Assembly: GCA_048230835.1 (NCBI GenBank)
Contig: DBFALE010000009.1
Span: 10,305 to 74,304 of the forward strand
Length of the DNA stretch: 64,000 nt
Source: Collinsella sp.
GTDB taxonomy: Bacteria; Actinomycetota; Coriobacteriia; Coriobacteriales; Coriobacteriaceae
Reading direction: 5' to 3'
The notes beneath the pieces are model-generated. The model did not search any database and was not told where the DNA came from. It saw only the letters and a program-made list of their open reading frames with translations. A program made the translations under genes and the position numbers. Shown piece after piece: positions 38,764 through 48,341 of the stretch (position 1 is its first letter; each line of letters starts with the position of its first letter).

Positions 38764-39460
38764 CGAAAACAAGGGCATTCACCCCACGGGGGTATCGTCG
38801 CGCGTGTGGATTGCGCTGGTCGCTCTGTGCGTCGCCAATGTCGTAGCGCATCTCATGGTGATGCCGAGCTTGCCTGCGCAGATTCCCACGCATTGGGGCG
38901 CGAACGGCGCCGTTGACGGTTGGGGTCCTAGCTGGATGGCCTCCGCGCTCGGCGTGCTGCCTCTGGCGCTTCTCGCAATGTTCTGCGTGGTGCCGCGCAT
39001 CGACCCCAAAGGTGAGGCATATCGAACCTCGGGCAAGTTCTATCAGGGCTTCGTAATCGCCTTTACCTTGTTCATGTGCGCCATAAGCTGGCTGGGAGAG
39101 CTTACGGTCTGGGGCGTGGTGCCGGCGGTCGGTTCGGTTAACGTGCTGATTTCCGGTGTTGTCGGTTTGCTGTTCATCGGCGTAGGCAACTACTTGCCGC
39201 GTGTGAAGCAGAACTATACGCTCGGTATCAAGACACCTTGGGCGCTTGCCGATCCCGAGAACTGGCGCCGTACGCAGCGTTTTGGCGGTGCCTGCTTTAT
39301 GGTGCTGGGTGTTGGCCTGATTGCGATGGGCGTGGCAGGTGCGGTGCTTTCGAGTGAAGTTGTCGCCTCGGTGATTGCGGTTCTGGCGTTTGGTTCGGTC
39401 GGAGCCGTCTACGTCTACTCGTATCTGCTGTGGCGCAAATCGCAGCGAGCCGCTCGCTAA
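38756..39460 (+). CDS. sdpI: SdpI family immunity membrane protein (DUF1648)
   Basis: IPTHWG..G.VDG, RIDPK, GNYLPRVKQNYTLGIKTPWAL. Confidence 0.88.
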   Translation: MNNENKGIHPTGVSSRVWIALVALCVANVVAHLMVMPSLPAQIPTHWGANGAVDGWGPSWMASALGVLPLALLAMFCVVPRIDPKGEAYRTSGKFYQGFVIAFTLFMCAISWLGELTVWGVVPAVGSVNVLISGVVGLLFIGVGNYLPRVKQNYTLGIKTPWALADPENWRRTQRFGGACFMVLGVGLIAMGVAGAVLSSEVVASVIAVLAFGSVGAVYVYSYLLWRKSQRAAR

Positions 39461-39644
39461 GGTTGCGGAAAACTAGCGTACGCAGTTCATGGTATGTTCT
39501 GGGGGATTTTTCCCAGGTAGTATTAGGGGGTATGGGCAACCATGCCCCTTTTTCGTTAAGTTTCAGAGCCAGTTTTCTCATTTCGTTTCCACTAAAGCGA
39601 ATCAAGAATAGGGAAACAACAGGTAGAAAGGATAAAACAGACAA

Positions 39645-41324
39645 ATGGCGGAGTTTATCTACCAGATGTATCAGGCTCGCAAGGCCCATGGCGACAAGGT
39701 AATCCTTGACGACGTGACCCTGAGCTTCTACCCCGGTGCCAAGATCGGCGTCGTGGGCCCCAACGGTATGGGCAAGTCGACCCTGCTCAAGATCATGGCC
39801 GGCATCGAGGAGGTCTCCAACGGCGATGCCAGGCTTACCCCCAGCTACACCGTGGGCATCCTGCAGCAGGAGCCGCCGCTTGACGACGACAAGACCGTCA
39901 TCGAGAACGTGCGCATGGCGTTTGGCGACATGATCGCCAAGGTCGATCGCTTCAACAAGATCGGCGAGGAGATGTGCGATCCGGACTGCGACATGGACGC
40001 CCTCATGGCCGAGATGGGAAAGCTCCAGGACGAGATTGACGCCGCCGACGGCTGGGATATCGATTCCAAGCTCGGCCAGGCCATGGACGCCCTGCAGCTG
40101 CCCGATTCCGACATGCCGGTCAACGTGCTCTCTGGCGGCGAGCGCCGTCGCGTGGCCCTGTGCAAGCTGCTGCTCGAGGCTCCCGACCTGCTGCTGCTCG
40201 ACGAGCCCACGAACCACCTAGACGCCGAGTCGATCCTGTGGCTCGAGCACTTCCTGCACAACTACCAGGGCGCGGTGCTTGCCGTCACACACGATCGCTA
40301 CTTCCTGGATAACGTTGCCGAGTGGATCTGCGAGGTCGACCGCGGTCACCTTTATCCCTACAAGGGCAACTACTCCACGTATCTGGAGACCAAAGCCGCC
40401 CGTATCGAGGCACAGGGCAACCGAGACGCCAAGCTCGCCAAGCGCATGGAGGCCGAGCTCGAGTGGGTGCGCAGCTCGCCCAAGGCCCGTCAGGCCAAGA
40501 ACAAGGCCCGTCTGGCCCGCTACGAGGAGATGGAGGCCGAGGCGCGCGCTAGCCAGAAGCTCGACTGGACTGACATTCGCATCCCTGTCGGCCCGCGTCT
40601 GGGCAACAAGGTGCTCGAGGCCCATCACCTGCACAAGGAGTTCGACGGTCGCGTGCTCATCGATGACCTTTCGTTCACCCTGCCGCGCAACGGCATCGTG
40701 GGCGTCATCGGCCCCAACGGCGTGGGCAAGACTACTCTCTTCAAGACGATTGTGGGTCTGGAGCCGCTGACTTCGGGTGAGCTCGAGGTGGGCGAGACCG
40801 TCAAGATCTCTTACGTCGACCAGAACCGTTCCGGTATCGACCCCGATAAGAACCTATGGGAGGTCGTCTCGGACGGCCTGGACCACATGATGGTCGGCGA
40901 GACCGAGGTTCCGAGTCGCGCGTACGTGGCGAGCTTTGGCTTTAAGGGCCAGGACCAGCAGAAGCGCGCCGGCGTACTCTCCGGTGGCGAGCGCAACCGT
41001 CTGAACTTGGCGCTCACGCTCAAGCAGGGCGGCAACCTGCTGCTCCTCGACGAGCCCACGAACGACCTCGACGTCGAGACGCTGTCCTCGCTCGAAGCGG
41101 CGCTGCTCGAGTTCCCGGGCTGCTCGGTGGTCATTAGCCACGACCGTATGTTCCTGGACCGCGTCGCCACGCACATTCTGGCGTGGGAGGGCACCGACGA
41201 GAATCCGGGCAACTGGTATTGGTTCGAGGGCAACTTCGAGGCTTATCAGGTCAACCGCATCGAGCGCCTGGGCGAGGACGCAGCCCAGCCGCATCGTATC
41301 CACCGTAAGCTGACGCGCGACTAG
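39645..41324 (+). CDS. ettA: energy-dependent translational throttle protein (ABC-F)
   Basis: MAEFIYQM, two ABC domains, ELEWVRSSPKARQAK, WFEGNF. Confidence 0.96.
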   Translation: MAEFIYQMYQARKAHGDKVILDDVTLSFYPGAKIGVVGPNGMGKSTLLKIMAGIEEVSNGDARLTPSYTVGILQQEPPLDDDKTVIENVRMAFGDMIAKVDRFNKIGEEMCDPDCDMDALMAEMGKLQDEIDAADGWDIDSKLGQAMDALQLPDSDMPVNVLSGGERRRVALCKLLLEAPDLLLLDEPTNHLDAESILWLEHFLHNYQGAVLAVTHDRYFLDNVAEWICEVDRGHLYPYKGNYSTYLETKAARIEAQGNRDAKLAKRMEAELEWVRSSPKARQAKNKARLARYEEMEAEARASQKLDWTDIRIPVGPRLGNKVLEAHHLHKEFDGRVLIDDLSFTLPRNGIVGVIGPNGVGKTTLFKTIVGLEPLTSGELEVGETVKISYVDQNRSGIDPDKNLWEVVSDGLDHMMVGETEVPSRAYVASFGFKGQDQQKRAGVLSGGERNRLNLALTLKQGGNLLLLDEPTNDLDVETLSSLEAALLEFPGCSVVISHDRMFLDRVATHILAWEGTDENPGNWYWFEGNFEAYQVNRIERLGEDAAQPHRIHRKLTRD

Positions 41325-41327
41325 ATC

Positions 41328-41483
41328 GTTACGCGGTTTTCCAAACCGCGTAACTGCTCGACGCGGCGCGGGTCGCAAGCACCCCATCTTGCCGTTCAGG
41401 CCGTCGCTCGCGCGAAGTACGCGTCGCTCCTCTTTTACGGCAACCTGGGGCACTTGCGGCCCGCTCGCTGTTGGTTACGCAAC
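41328..41483 (+). repeat. ~155-nt structured repeat family C, copy 1
   Basis: GTTACGCGGTTTT..AAACCGCGTAAC hairpin plus long stem with CGAAGTACGC core; homologous to 55398-55555 (-). Confidence 0.75.
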
Positions 41484-41495
41484 ATCAACAAATAA

Positions 41496-41531
41496 AAACG
41501 GCTCAAATCCTGATTTGGATTTGAGCCGTTT
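41496..41531. terminator. intrinsic terminator between convergent genes
   Basis: AAACGGCTCAAATCC...GGATTTGAGCCGTTT. Confidence 0.8.
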
Positions 41532-41535
41532 GTCG

Positions 41536-42801
41536 TTACTGCTCGGGTTCTTCGACTTTATCGATGGCCCAGGTGGCTCCGAGACCGCCGGTGGTGTTGC
41601 GGCGGATGCGCACGGTGACTTCGTGGCGCTCGCCGGCCTGCGTGTAGTGCAGGGGGAAGCTTGCGCGGTTTCGCGCGGCCTCGATGGTACCGCGCCCGCG
41701 GGCGATCCAGTAGTACTCGCCGACGATGCCGAGCGTGTCGGCACCGTAGGGGAGATAGGTCGACAGCTGGTGTAGCAATGGGCCGGGGCAGAAGACCTCG
41801 GTTGCGAAATCGATGGGGAAGTCCTCGGGGATGGTCGGTGCTGCGGGTGCGGGGACCGGAGCCGGTACAGGTGCGGATGTGGACTCGATGACGGGTACAG
41901 ACTCAGGCACCGGTTCCGGATTAACTGCGGAATCTGTCGGTTCCACGGAGACGGATGTGTCTTCAGTCTCGGTTTTGGCATCGGCTTCTGGGGCGTCCTC
42001 CGCCTCGATAGACGGCTTTGCCTCGATGGGCGTGGATGCCATGGTGGTGATGCCGGCGTTGGCGTTCTCGGGGTCATAGACGACCGTGAGCGAGATGGCG
42101 GGCTGCGGCGTCTCGGGCTCCGGCGCCGACTCGGTAGCGCCTTGATCGGCGGGCTCGTCGGACTGGTCGTCCTCGGCCTCGTTGCCAAAGACATCGCTGT
42201 TTTGGAACGCAGGCGTCTCGGGTTGGTCAGCGGCTTCTTCGGTTGTCGACTTGGGCGCTTCGTTGAGCTCCACAGTGGCTTCCTGCTCGGATATGACTTC
42301 GGGATCGGTCGTGGCGGCGATTCCGGTTTCGGCTTCTGCCGTTACCTCAATAGCGACTTCGATCTCTGTCTCGGGCTCGGGTTCCGGCGCGGCTTCAACC
42401 ATGGCTTCGGGCTCGGGACGCTTAACGTGCTTGGGACGCACGGCCTTGAGGTCCTTCTCGCCGCGCTTTTTCTTTTTGTGGGACTGCTTGGCTCCCTTGG
42501 CTGCCTTGGGCTTGTCCTCGCCCTTGGCAAGGGCGGCATCCCAGGCCTCGTTGGCGATGACGGTGGCATACAGACGGCCGCCCTTAAAGACGGTCAGCTT
42601 AATGCAGTCGTCGAGCTCTTCGAGCAGCTCGCGCGTGGACTCGAAGCCCAGATCATAAGCGGTCATGTCGCCGACGGCGAGCGCCTCCTCGACCTGTGTC
42701 ATAAACGTTTGCTTGCCGCATCCAATCGCATCGCGCAGCAGGCGATACAGATAGATGTGGTTGCCCAGCGAAAGCGTGGGCCTAACTATTGTCTTGCTCA
42801 T
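41536..42801 (-). CDS. hypothetical protein: N-terminal helical domain, long acidic Pro/Glu linker, C-terminal domain
   Basis: AAAGAGGAG RBS, host-like codon usage. Confidence 0.75.
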   Translation of the reverse strand: MSKTIVRPTLSLGNHIYLYRLLRDAIGCGKQTFMTQVEEALAVGDMTAYDLGFESTRELLEELDDCIKLTVFKGGRLYATVIANEAWDAALAKGEDKPKAAKGAKQSHKKKKRGEKDLKAVRPKHVKRPEPEAMVEAAPEPEPETEIEVAIEVTAEAETGIAATTDPEVISEQEATVELNEAPKSTTEEAADQPETPAFQNSDVFGNEAEDDQSDEPADQGATESAPEPETPQPAISLTVVYDPENANAGITTMASTPIEAKPSIEAEDAPEADAKTETEDTSVSVEPTDSAVNPEPVPESVPVIESTSAPVPAPVPAPAAPTIPEDFPIDFATEVFCPGPLLHQLSTYLPYGADTLGIVGEYYWIARGRGTIEAARNRASFPLHYTQAGERHEVTVRIRRNTTGGLGATWAIDKVEEPEQ

Positions 42802-42939
42802 GGCAAATCTCCTCTTTACACACCAAAGCATCTTACCATCGCACGGGGCGTGCCGCCTCGGCGCCCAAGGCAAACGGGCGCGACCGTTGCCGGTTCGCGC
42901 CCGTTATACAGGTCGATTATCTATGAGAGGCAAACGTGC

Positions 42940-43893
42940 TTAGTTGCCCGATGCCGTGCCTTGGCTCGAGCTGTCAGATGCCGTGCCGGACGCGGTTCCG
43001 CTCGAGCTATTCGAGCTGTTGGTGCTGCTGTTGTCGGTAGATCCCGTGCCCGACGTATTGCCGCTCGTCTGGTCGCCCGTGCTCGGTTGAGAGCTGTCAG
43101 TCGTTTGGCTTGAGTCGGTCGTGCCGGATTGCGTGCCGCTGTTGTTCGCAGAGGAATCGACGCCCTGCGATTGATCGGGGGCGTTCGAGGACGAGTCGGC
43201 GGATGCGGGGGTGCCCTGCGGATCGTCCTGCTGGCTTTGCGATTGACCGGAGCTATCCGCGTCGTGCTCGGTCGTGCGCGACGAAAGGATCGGCTCGGGA
43301 CGCTCACCCAGACCCTCGCCGGCGGTGGTGATAAGGATGGCAGCGGTGCAGGCGATAACCGCGACGATGGCGATGGCGATCGAGAAGATGATGACCTTCT
43401 TTTGCGTCTGGCTGCGCTCTGCCGCCGCCTTGGCGCGCAGGCTGTCGGGGGCGACGCGCGCCGTGGTCGCGCGCCCTGCAATCTGGCGCATCTCCTGGGT
43501 AGTCGCGGCGCCGCCTAAGTGCTCCTCGGCATTTAATTCAACGGGTTCATAGGCGCCGGCGGGGTAGTCGACGGTGGCGTGCGTACCTTTGAGGGCTTCG
43601 GCGCTGGCAGAGATAAAGTGGCGGTAGACCTGCGAGGACACAACGGTGATGACCGAGCTCACAGCGGCACCGATCACCGATCCGGCGATACCGATCTTGG
43701 AGGCAAGCGCGACGCTCGTAGCGGCAGCTGCGGCGCCGGCGATGATCTGGGGAATGGAAATGTCGTCAAACAGGCCCTTTTTGGGCGCGATGGCCATGGT
43801 CTGGCCGATGGAATGGTTTTCGTGAACGCCGTTGTTGAGCGATGCCGGCGTCATGACACGTGTGCGCGGCGCGTCGGTGTACTTGGTTGTCAT
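42940..43893 (-). CDS. hypothetical membrane protein with Ser/Thr-rich tail
   Basis: GGAGG RBS; AAAATSVALASKIGIAGSVIGAAVSS TM hairpin; low-complexity C-terminus. Confidence 0.75.
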   Translation of the reverse strand: MTTKYTDAPRTRVMTPASLNNGVHENHSIGQTMAIAPKKGLFDDISIPQIIAGAAAAATSVALASKIGIAGSVIGAAVSSVITVVSSQVYRHFISASAEALKGTHATVDYPAGAYEPVELNAEEHLGGAATTQEMRQIAGRATTARVAPDSLRAKAAAERSQTQKKVIIFSIAIAIVAVIACTAAILITTAGEGLGERPEPILSSRTTEHDADSSGQSQSQQDDPQGTPASADSSSNAPDQSQGVDSSANNSGTQSGTTDSSQTTDSSQPSTGDQTSGNTSGTGSTDNSSTNSSNSSSGTASGTASDSSSQGTASGN

Positions 43894-44067
43894 ACGGGGT
43901 CCTCCCGGTGTAAATCTGCTTCGTTTCGTGTAGCCATCAGGGTACCCACCAGATGTGAATCGTACGTGACATTTAACAGATACCATCAACTCATCAAGGG
44001 GGCTTGCTGTCTTTGGTGCAATAGCTTGATGCTAAACTGGATTAACGATTGCGAGGTGGTTTACGTG

Positions 44068-44286
44068 ATGTACCCGTATATGACATTCGAAGACGGTACC
44101 GAGGTCGTTCATTCTGACCTGATAGCAGATGGGGATATCGAAAAGGTTATCGTGCATTTTGAACGACCGGCGGTAGAGGGCTTCGACTCCGCTCGCTGTG
44201 AGTTGCCTTCCTGTTCGTGGACTGACTGGGAAGGGCATTTTACTCAGAGTGAAAAACGAGCTTTCGAAGAGTGTTTGAGCAAATAA
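44068..44286 (+). CDS. conserved hypothetical protein (MYPYMTFEDGTEVVHS type), possibly truncated at the island edge
   Basis: GAGGTGG RBS; stop coincides with the drop in GC. Confidence 0.65.
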   Translation: MYPYMTFEDGTEVVHSDLIADGDIEKVIVHFERPAVEGFDSARCELPSCSWTDWEGHFTQSEKRAFEECLSK

Positions 44287-44386
44287 TTTAGATTAGTTCG
44301 AGTTTAGTTCGAATAAAGAAGCCGAATACGATGACCTAAAGCGTATGCATTTTTAGTATTAGATGCGTATGAAATGGAGGATGTGA

Positions 44387-44668
44387 ATGGATGAGCTAAT
44401 AGACTTTAAAAAACGATTTCTCAAGAATGGCGAGCTGGTTTCAATTCCAAAAAAGGAAAGCTATAAAAGAATCATGCTGCTATGGGCCGTCTCTTTCTTT
44501 GAATTAAATACAAGTTATACGGAGCTTCAGGTTAATCGTGTGCTGTCACAGCTCTATCCTGATTATGCCGTGTTGAGGCGGTACTTGGTTGATTATGGAT
44601 TCCTATTAAGGGATGAGCGAGGCCTGAAATACGAGGTTAATCCTGATGTTCACGGTATTGAGAGCTAG
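44387..44668 (+). CDS. DUF2087 domain protein
   Basis: IPKKESYK..YTELQVNRVL..DYAVLRRYLVDYGFLLR motif; GGAGG RBS. Confidence 0.85.
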   Translation: MDELIDFKKRFLKNGELVSIPKKESYKRIMLLWAVSFFELNTSYTELQVNRVLSQLYPDYAVLRRYLVDYGFLLRDERGLKYEVNPDVHGIES

Positions 44669-45830
44669 CCGTCCGGTTCGGGTCCTATATATTGCTAGAG
44701 GGATAAGCGAAATAGGCAATTGGTGTGCGAATATTGCTTTGCCAATGCTGATTTACGAGGTAACTCACGATGTTTCTGCAACTGCTTTGATGGTCTGCTG
44801 CAGATTTGCCCCCGCTCTGTTTTCAGTTGCGCTCGCGCAGCTGCCTCAGAAGATGGGTATCGGGACACTGCAGGCCATGAGATTGGCAGACTTAATTCGC
44901 GCGGGATTATTCGTTTGCTATATTTTTGTTGATAGTAAATGGAGTATGTTTGCTATTACGTGCGCGGTATCGCTTTGCCGAACGGTTGAAATGCCCTGCT
45001 TTTACTCGTTGTTAAGAGCCAATACGAATAGTATCAATCGCGACGTAATTAATAATTCGTTTGGGTTTCTGCAGAATTTGATGATGGTTCTGGGGCCAGT
45101 TGCCGGCGGTTTTGTTGTCGCTCAATTTGGGGCGGAGGCTGTTCTTGCATTAGACGCGCTTTCTTTTGCCGCGTCGTTCTGGTTGCTGCGAGATGTTCCG
45201 TCGGTTATCGAGGTTAATGATAAAGAGGGGATAAGCAAAAATGAAAAAAACTGGACTGCATTTAGTGATCTTAACGCGAAGCACTTGGCAATTGGTTTCC
45301 TATTAATCGATATTTCTAGTGGCGTGGCATTCGGCTCTCTGAATTCTCTTTTGCCAGCTATAGCGCAATTGCAATTTGACTCGTCATCGATACAATACGG
45401 ATTCCTTCAGAGTAGTCTTACAATCGGACTGTTGTTCGGAAATACAATATACGGTCGTTTAATCAGTGGTTCCGATTGCGTTAAATCATATTGTTTTGTG
45501 ACGTATCTTGCGCTCGGTGCGTATCTGGCGTTTGGCTATCGCTATGCGTCTGGGATATCGTTTATTTTCCTTTTTATCGTCGGTGCCGGAAACGCCATTC
45601 AAGATGTGCTTCTCATAACATCGCTGCAGGATTTGGCGAGAGACGGATCTGAATCGATGAGCCTGTTTTCAATTAGGGAGTCTTTGCAATCGGTTGCTGT
45701 TGTTATTTCAACACTCCTTGTTTCGCTGTTCACGAGCATCGCGATGTTCTCAATTCTCGTTACAGGACTTGGTGTATTTTCAATTATGATGGTAGTTGTG
45801 TTTCAATTGAATTATTTGCGAAAGATGTGA
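44646..45830 (+). CDS. MFS exporter (DHA3/macrolide-efflux-like)
   Basis: ISEIGNW..IALPMLIY, ADLIRA, LGPVAGG, DALSF; multi-TM. Confidence 0.88.
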   Translation: MFTVLRASRPVRVLYIARGISEIGNWCANIALPMLIYEVTHDVSATALMVCCRFAPALFSVALAQLPQKMGIGTLQAMRLADLIRAGLFVCYIFVDSKWSMFAITCAVSLCRTVEMPCFYSLLRANTNSINRDVINNSFGFLQNLMMVLGPVAGGFVVAQFGAEAVLALDALSFAASFWLLRDVPSVIEVNDKEGISKNEKNWTAFSDLNAKHLAIGFLLIDISSGVAFGSLNSLLPAIAQLQFDSSSIQYGFLQSSLTIGLLFGNTIYGRLISGSDCVKSYCFVTYLALGAYLAFGYRYASGISFIFLFIVGAGNAIQDVLLITSLQDLARDGSESMSLFSIRESLQSVAVVISTLLVSLFTSIAMFSILVTGLGVFSIMMVVVFQLNYLRKM

Positions 45831-45837
45831 CGTTGAT

Positions 45838-48160
45838 ATGCCTAAAACGCTTTTAGTATTTCCCCCCAGGATGGAGTCCAGTGGGGCCGTATCTTGCCTT
45901 GCCTGTTTTGAAGTCATATCTTCAAGAGGTTGAACAATACAAAGTTGACATTGTTGACTTAAACGTGGAATTTTACGATGACCTCCTATCTTTTAGACAT
46001 GTCGAAGAGTGCTGTAAAAGGTATCGGGAATCAAAGGATTCGTTTAGTTCGAATGTTCAATTAACAATCGAGTTGATACAAAAGTCAGCACTTAATGTTG
46101 ACGAGGCAAAAGATATTTTCAGATCGAAGAGATACTTTAATCTAAAAGAAAGACAATATGCTGAAAACATTTTTAGAAATGCACTCTATATCATAAATCA
46201 CGTCTCATATGGAGTTAAATACACGTTCAACTCCATAGATCTGCCCTATGATTATTATTCGACACCAGAAATAATGAAATCGCTTGCGGATACCTTGCAT
46301 AATCCGTTTATTTCCTTCTATGAAACTGCCTTTCTTAAGCGTATTCAGAGGGAAAAAATCGAGTTTATTGGGATTTCGGTGAGCGGCTGTTTCCAATTAA
46401 TTTCTGCAGTTACGTTAGCGAAACTGATTAAAGAAGAATGTCCATCTGTTAAACACGTCTCATTGGGCGGCAATTACATTACTCGTTTAGCAGATGACTG
46501 CATGAAAGAATGGCATCCCTTTTTTGAATACATTGATTCGATAATGATGTATGACGGCGAAGAGCCGCTTGCACGTCTTCTTGAGGCTCTTGACTCTGGT
46601 GATGACAATCTCGACTGTGTTCCAAACCTTTGCCATGCTAAAGGTGGAAAGATATATAAAAACCATCGGATTGAGCAAACATTTATCAACGATACAGTTC
46701 CCGATTTCGATGGCTTCGCCCTTTCTAAATACTTCATGCCTGAGTTAATATTGCCGGTTTATTCCTCTAGGCAGTGTTTTAATCATTGCGCCTTCTGCAC
46801 CATTCCCGGTGCTACCGGTGGTTGTTACCGAAAGATGCCTATATCGAGAGTATTTGAAATAATGTGTCGGTTAAATGAAAAATACGGCACGAGAGTTTTC
46901 TCTTTTGTGGATGAAACATTCGAAGGCAAAAGAATGGAGCAACTCGCGGATGAAATAAACGCATCGGGAAAAACGTTTTTCTGGCATGGAGAAACGAGGT
47001 TCTCTCCAACCCTAAGTACAGACGTTTTCAACAAGATATACCAAAGTGGATGTAGGCAGATTCAGTTTGGCCTCGAGTCATACAACCAAAGAGTTCTTGA
47101 TCTAATGAAGAAGAACACGAGAGTTGATTGGATTGATCGCAATATCCATGATTGTCTCAATGCGGGTATTCCTGTTCATCTATTCTTTATGATTGGCTTT
47201 CCGACCGAAACTAAAGAAGAGGCTCTGAACACCTTAGCTTATACAGAGAATGTTTTGAATTATTCAAAACAGGTATGTGGTGTTCCATATTCCACGAGAG
47301 GATTTACGAATTTTGGTCTCGTTATGGGGTCGGATGTTTGGAATCATCCCGATAAGTATGGTGTCTCTGTAATGCCGAAGTCCCAATATGAGGATTTGCG
47401 CCTCGAAGTGGATTATGTTTCAGGCACTGGTTTAACTTTAAATGAAGCAAAATCCTTATCTGATGAGCATCATATTGATTTTTATATGCAAGAGGTCATA
47501 AACGGTAGCGACACAATTGACTTGCCCCAGCGGCTTCATATTTCAGAGGTGACCTGGATCCTAGATTCTATTCACGCTGTCAGGTATAAGGGACATTTGA
47601 CCAAAGTAAAGCGACGGCTAACTAGTCTAAATCCAGCTGATCGAATCTGGCTGGATTCCAAGACCTCTGTCGTGCTCGTTGAGCCATTTGCCTACTTCTA
47701 TAATTCTGAATACCATCATGTCTATGCTGTTTCCCAGTTGGTATACCTTAAGTTGGCCCGTTTATTGGAGGCCGATTGTATCATTTCTCTTATCCTTGAT
47801 CAGGGCGACCTCGAGCTGACAAGGGCGATAGAAGAACTGTTGCATTATGGATTGCTGAATACAAATATCGATGCCGATTATGTAATGCACGATAATGGTT
47901 TTCAATTGGTTAAAAGTTCGTTTGTGAAAGAAGTCGGACGCTCAAAAGAGGGGTTAAGAGTACTGCTGAGTTGTGCCACCCATAGAATGTGTGCGGTTAA
48001 TGATTTTTCGTTCGCTTTGCTTTCGTTGTTTGAAAAGCCGATTACTAAGAACGAGGTGCGCGACATTTTGAAAAAAGAGGGACTATCGGCAAACGAGGAG
48101 CAACTAAACAAGTTGGTTGATAATTGCATGAAAGCAGATATACTACAATTGATTAGATAG
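45838..48160 (+). CDS. cobalamin-dependent radical SAM protein with C-terminal RRE-like domains; +1 frameshift at C6 tract 45862-45867
   Basis: B12-binding region (GISVS..QL..GGNY..GEEPL), CFNHCAFC CxxxCxxC, FGLES, FMIGFPTET; removing one C restores MPKTLLVFPPGWSPVGPYLALP. Confidence 0.9.
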
Positions 48161-48173
48161 AGGAGGTTTCTGC

Positions 48174-48284
48174 ATGGACGTTATTAACAAAGATCTCTTG
48201 GAGCAACTGAAAGAGTTTCAGGAAGAGGGCGTCGTGGTAGAAGTGTTCGACTTTGAGGACTACATGGATAAATTCTGCCATTAG
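48174..48284 (+). CDS. putative RiPP precursor peptide MDVINKDLLEQLKEFQEEGVVVEVFDFEDYMDKFCH (36 aa)
   Basis: AGGAGG RBS at 48161-48166 directly after the rSAM stop; followed by terminator; not in the ORF track. Confidence 0.8.
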   Translation: MDVINKDLLEQLKEFQEEGVVVEVFDFEDYMDKFCH

Positions 48285-48308
48285 TTTCGAAATTTACTCG
48301 CCTCGCTT

Positions 48309-48341
48309 AAAGGAGAAGTCGATTATCGATTTCTCCTTTTT
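48309..48341 (+). terminator. intrinsic terminator ending the island operon
   Basis: AAAGGAGAAGTCGA-TTA-TCGATTTCTCCTTTTT. Confidence 0.85.

Noticed and set aside
43579..44067. Long N-terminal extension of the 43579-44286 ORF
   Set aside because: It is antisense to the 42940-43893 gene; the real RBS and start are at 44068.
44293..44312. TTAGTTCGA tandem at the island edge as an att site or LexA box
   Set aside because: Spacing does not fit GAAC-N4-GTTC, and the only right-end match (TTAGTTTCGA near 48281) is short and imperfect.
45881..48160. GTG 45881 as the true start of the radical SAM gene
   Set aside because: The family-typical N-terminal LLVFPP strand lies upstream in another frame from ATG 45838, so a frameshift is the better explanation.
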